NCBI GenBank assembly: GCA_000002435.2
Contig: CM018793.1
Direction: 5' to 3' (one strand)
DNA: 64,000 nt
Source of the DNA: Giardia intestinalis
Lineage: Eukaryota
A program made the position numbers and the translations under genes. Below the pieces are notes generated by a model. The model saw nothing but the letters and a program-made list of their open reading frames with translations. It had not been told where the DNA came from and searched no databases. How positions within the stretch are numbered: the first letter of the stretch is position 1; each line of letters opens with the position of its first letter. Of this stretch, positions 60,448-64,000 are shown in pieces.

Positions 60448-61473
60448 ATGCCTTCTTTGGGCCCGTGCCCCTTGGAGCTGTATGTACGGACCCCACTGAA
60501 AGCGATTCTCAGTGGTGAGCATTCGGTTGTCTACGGTCATCCCTGTATCGCTATGGCACTGGATTTGTACACAAGTGGGCATGCACGCGTAGCAAAAGAT
60601 CCCACTTGCCCGTCAAGCCTCCCTTTCCCTACACTTTTAGATATTAGAACAGGTGAGCGACTAGATCTTAGTAGTTCGATGACAGAAGCCATTCGCCTAA
60701 TTAACGAGGAGGTTCTTACTAGACTACCTACAATCAAACGGTCAGATGCTGCGTGTCATCACTGTGAATTTGTAGAAATCGCAGTCCATGGGTGGACTCT
60801 CGGTAAAGGACTAGGCTCTTCTGCAAGTATCCTTGTGACGCACACCGCCCTTCTCTTAGCCGCAAGTTCTAATTATTCTCCCTCCATGTTATTTGATATC
60901 GCCTTGCTGGGTGAGAGACATATACACGGAAGGACCACTGGCATGGATCTGAAGACCGTCATTTATGGGGGCATCCAGATCTACAGCCACGGTGCATTAT
61001 GCAACGCTAAGATATCTCCAGACATTTTCGCCGCTCGTATGATTCAAGTTCTTATTGCAGATTCTGGTATCGCAAAGTCCACAGCACAGGCCGTAGAGTT
61101 AGTAAGCCAAGGAGAAAACAACGACACGTTGGCACACATAGGAGAGACTTCGAAAGACCTCATTGAGCTGCTCTTGACTGCCAGTACCCCGGGTAAAATA
61201 AGCAATGACTCATTCTACTTAACGCTCTCCGCTCTTGTTCAGCGAAACCACGATCTTTTATGCTCATTGGGTGTTAGTGTGCCAGAAACAGAGCGCTCAA
61301 AGGAACTGCTCTACCACATGGGGTGCTTCACTGCAAAGCTCACGGGTGCTGGGTTAGGTGGCTGCTGCATCGGTTTCCGAACGCAGCATAACCTAGTAGT
61401 GGACAGCCCTGACAGACACGTAATAGCAGTCGGTATAGGAGAGGGTTTATTGATGACTGACACACCCCAGTAG
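60448..61473 (+). CDS. MVK: Mevalonate kinase (GHMP kinase family).
   Basis: The N-terminal PLKAILSGEHSVVYG matches K.IL.GEH.VV.G. The GHMP ATP motif is GKGLGSSAS, and the C-terminal block is KLTGAGLGGCCIGF. Start is ATG. Confidence 0.8.
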   Translation: MPSLGPCPLELYVRTPLKAILSGEHSVVYGHPCIAMALDLYTSGHARVAKDPTCPSSLPFPTLLDIRTGERLDLSSSMTEAIRLINEEVLTRLPTIKRSDAACHHCEFVEIAVHGWTLGKGLGSSASILVTHTALLLAASSNYSPSMLFDIALLGERHIHGRTTGMDLKTVIYGGIQIYSHGALCNAKISPDIFAARMIQVLIADSGIAKSTAQAVELVSQGENNDTLAHIGETSKDLIELLLTASTPGKISNDSFYLTLSALVQRNHDLLCSLGVSVPETERSKELLYHMGCFTAKLTGAGLGGCCIGFRTQHNLVVDSPDRHVIAVGIGEGLLMTDTPQ

Positions 61474-61475
61474 AT

Positions 61476-62816
61476 CTAGATCTTATTTACATAACGTATT
61501 CCATTATACCCAACGGGGAAAATGGAACCAAGGTTGGTAAAGAATAATGCTATCTGTGCAACAACAGCTCCAACGATGAGGCCCATAATCAGTGCTCCAA
61601 TTGGCATTTGTTTCTTTCTTGGTGCTTTCTCGGTTTCCTTTGATGGAGGTGGTGCTGCTGGTGCGGACTGGGCAGGTGGCATGACCGAGGTCATCCCAGC
61701 GGCTTGTGTCAATGGCTCAGATGGTAGTAGAGATGAAGAAGTCGATGGATTCGAGCAGGGTGCTGCAGAAATGAAAAAAGGAACCTGTGGCACTATGGGT
61801 TGCTGACCTTCAGAGGGTAGGGGCAAGACACTGACTCCATTGGGTGGAGGCTCTACTGGTAATATCTTCTCCTTCCTCTCTTCCTTCTCTCCTGCATTGT
61901 CTATCTTTAATCGCTTGCCGCCCCTGCCCTTTCCGTGCCGTACTGCACTTTCTGAGTACATTGGAATCATTTGGGGAGAGGCATTCAATTGCTCGGGCTC
62001 TAATGTCTGCGAGGGTGTGCATGTTTCTATCTGGGAAAATGTTGTCAATGACACTACAGGCTCCTCATTTCCGTAGGCTCCAAACATGTATGGTGCCTGC
62101 TGGTGATTTGGGGTGCTTTCCTCGTACTGTGTTGCATCGATGAAGGAGCTATTTATCACGGATGTATTGTGAGACTCCAAGGAGTTGTTAGCCCTGTGTA
62201 CGCTCAGCGAGTGTTCGCAATACTCCACAATGCTTCCTGAAAAAGTACAGCGACTATCATGACATTGAACTTTAGCATTTAGCAGACGCTCATAGTAAGC
62301 CACGCTCCACGTCACGTTTCGAAGCATTCCATTGCACCCAAAGCAGGGAATGGCTGTTGTTCTACCTTTTGCTTGGACCATACTGTCTAATAGATGGGTC
62401 TTGGCACACTTATAGCATGCAATGCATTTGCAATTTGTGTTTATAGTGAACCTAATAGCTACTCTAGCGCAGATAACACACATTGGGAGCCTGCGGATAG
62501 CGTCTTCAGGTGCTAGTAATCCCGTTGAGAAATCTGCTTGTAGAGGACAGAAAAGATCAGGGTCGAGTGCATATGGAAGCTTTTTGTGTATTTCAGGGCT
62601 TGATAGTTGTTTTAGTAACATCGAGAGCCATTTGCTTAAGACCGACGATGTATATCCTTTAGTGGATAGAGATGCTAAACCTGTACATGCTTCCACAAAC
62701 GACTCAGGTTGGAAGACTTCAAGGCTTTCCTTGGAGATGCTCTTTGTCTGGCTCCTAACTTTCTGCACAACGGCAGAGAGCCACTGCTGAAAGCTCTCCT
62801 CGGAATAGTTGTCCAT
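61476..62816 (-). CDS. Cys-rich (RING/IBR-like) zinc-finger protein with a C-terminal TM anchor.
   Basis: The motif CVICARVAIRF...CKCIACYKCAKTH...CFGCNG is present. The C-terminal hydrophobic helix is MPIGALIMGLIVGAVVAQIALFF. The ORF-track start at 62879 is GTG; the first ATG is MDNYSEE at about 62816. Confidence 0.6.
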   Translation of the reverse strand: MDNYSEESFQQWLSAVVQKVRSQTKSISKESLEVFQPESFVEACTGLASLSTKGYTSSVLSKWLSMLLKQLSSPEIHKKLPYALDPDLFCPLQADFSTGLLAPEDAIRRLPMCVICARVAIRFTINTNCKCIACYKCAKTHLLDSMVQAKGRTTAIPCFGCNGMLRNVTWSVAYYERLLNAKVQCHDSRCTFSGSIVEYCEHSLSVHRANNSLESHNTSVINSSFIDATQYEESTPNHQQAPYMFGAYGNEEPVVSLTTFSQIETCTPSQTLEPEQLNASPQMIPMYSESAVRHGKGRGGKRLKIDNAGEKEERKEKILPVEPPPNGVSVLPLPSEGQQPIVPQVPFFISAAPCSNPSTSSSLLPSEPLTQAAGMTSVMPPAQSAPAAPPPSKETEKAPRKKQMPIGALIMGLIVGAVVAQIALFFTNLGSIFPVGYNGIRYVNKI

Positions 62817-62866
62817 TGAAAGATTAGATAAGATTTTGAAAAAGATCCTGAAACAGACCAGTTTCA

Positions 62867-64000
62867 ATGGATGACTCACTTGGTATGACTCCCCTCATGG
62901 TATCTGCGGTGATCAATGATGTTGTGGGGGTAAGGACGTATCTAGATGAGCATATGAAACAGACAGATCAGTTAGGGCGGACTGCACTTATGTGGGCAGC
63001 GATGCATAATCATGGGGAAACCATCAAGATTCTTGCTAGCTTTGAGGCAGGGGTCCAAGATAAAGACGGCTACACGGCTTTGATGTATGCCGCCTCTAAG
63101 GGACACACCGATAGTGTACTCCAGCTTGTTGACGTAGAAGCGCGAATGAAGAATAAAAACGGAGTTACTGCTCTTATGTGTGCAGTGGAAAACCAGCATG
63201 TGGAGATTGCTACCATCCTTGCTGCTTATGAGGACAGACTTCAGGATAACAAGGGCTGGACCGCACTCATGCGGGCTGCAAAGAACAACACTCTCGCCAA
63301 GTTTCCTTTTCTTGTAGAGCTGGAGCATTCGATTGCAGACGGCAAGAAATGGACCTCAATGATGTATGCAGCATCTAAGGGTCATCTTGAGGTGGTTGAG
63401 GCCCTTCTCCCCTATGAAGGTATGTTGCAAGACTATGAAGGGAAGACAGCGCTCGTTATAGCTTCATTTTTGGGGCATAAGGCAATTGTAGAGAAGCTCT
63501 ACTCCATAGAAGGCAGCATTGCAGATCGCTTAGGGCTGACTCCTATGATGTGGGCCGCAGAGAAGGGATATCACGAAATAGTGCACTTTATGAGCGAAAC
63601 TCAGGCTCGGTGTCAAGACAATCGCGGTTGGACCGCCCTTATGCGAGGCGCACAGAATGGCTTTGAAAAGATTGTAGAGATATTAGCACCGCTGGAATCA
63701 CAGCAGATAGATACCAACGGTTTCACGGCCCTGATGTATGCTGCCATTAAGAATCAGCCTGCGTGTGCCAAGCTACTGGCTCCGTGGGAAAAGGGCTTTC
63801 GTAACACTGGGGGACTCACTGCCCTCATCATGGCGTCACAGTTTGACCACAACGACGTCATAGCTCTCCTAGCAGAGCATGAGGCTAGCATGTCCTGCTC
63901 CAATGGACGTACAGCATTGATGACTGCAGCTATGCACGGGAACGTAGAGGGCACGCGTATCCTCGCACCCTTCGAAGCGCGGGCTAGGGACAGCAACGGA
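62867..64000 (+). CDS. Ankyrin-repeat protein (Protein 21.1-like), 5' partial in this window; it runs off the window end.
   Basis: The ATG opens MDDSLGMTPLMVSAV, and the frame is open to position 64000. More than 10 consecutive ANK units follow (TALMWAAMHNHGETIKIL, TALMYAASKGHTDSVLQL, ...). The ORF is not in the track because no stop is reached. Confidence 0.75.
   Translation, partial: MDDSLGMTPLMVSAVINDVVGVRTYLDEHMKQTDQLGRTALMWAAMHNHGETIKILASFEAGVQDKDGYTALMYAASKGHTDSVLQLVDVEARMKNKNGVTALMCAVENQHVEIATILAAYEDRLQDNKGWTALMRAAKNNTLAKFPFLVELEHSIADGKKWTSMMYAASKGHLEVVEALLPYEGMLQDYEGKTALVIASFLGHKAIVEKLYSIEGSIADRLGLTPMMWAAEKGYHEIVHFMSETQARCQDNRGWTALMRGAQNGFEKIVEILAPLESQQIDTNGFTALMYAAIKNQPACAKLLAPWEKGFRNTGGLTALIMASQFDHNDVIALLAEHEASMSCSNGRTALMTAAMHGNVEGTRILAPFEARARDSNG

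Noticed and set aside
59096-60496. Apparent 49-bp overlap between the 5' end of the minus-strand gene and the mevalonate kinase start.
   Set aside because: The minus-strand ORF's first codon is GTG. Starting at the first ATG (about 60421) removes the overlap.
1-64000. A prokaryotic reading of the window (operons, Shine-Dalgarno sites, GTG/TTG starts, defence islands).
   Set aside because: The content is eukaryotic: Sm protein, NEK kinases, RING E3, Naa30, ITPK1 and a VSP with a CRGKA tail. The AGTRAAY poly(A) signals also point to Giardia. The GTG/TTG starts in the ORF track are artefacts of the ORF caller.

Overview
This window reads as a gene-dense stretch of a Giardia-type diplomonad chromosome, not prokaryotic DNA. 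A variant-specific surface protein (VSP) gene at 37185-40451 (-) ends in the invariant CRGKA tail and is followed by the VSP-type extended polyadenylation signal ACTTAGATAGTAAAT. The general Giardia poly(A) signal AGTRAAY lies 18 nt after the stop of the first gene. The window holds many 'Protein 21.1'-style ankyrin plus coiled-coil genes and three NEK-family kinase/pseudokinase genes with ankyrin tails. Intergenic spacers are tiny, with frequent 3'-3' or ATGA overlaps, and there are no introns.

About 30 protein genes are supportable:
- DEAD-box helicase.
- Six ankyrin/coiled-coil genes.
- NEK kinases.
- The VSP, carrying about 20 nucleotide-identical 111-bp (37-aa) repeats.
- TatD-like hydrolase.
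- SmD1.
- Yippee-like protein.
- WD40 protein.
- LCAT/PDAT-like lipase.
- RING E3 ligase.
- ITPK1-like inositol phosphate kinase.
- LtaS/EptA-like sulfatase-superfamily membrane protein.
- Naa30 acetyltransferase.
- Mevalonate kinase.
- Several large lineage-specific proteins.

The supplied ORF track uses GTG/TTG as starts, so several CDS starts were re-set to the first in-frame ATG.

The main things worth a second look are:
- The VSP is flanked by inverted NEK paralogs, one of them decayed or split.
- The repeats in the VSP are perfectly identical at the nucleotide level.
- Two GC-rich, ORF-poor islands (1-830 and about 42.97-44.5 kb) exist; the first contains a tRNA-like structure.
- A partial copy of the Yippee-like gene 3' end sits 14 kb away.
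- The sulfatase-family membrane protein has a bacterial-type domain architecture.

Coordinates I derived by hand may be off by 1-2 nt.
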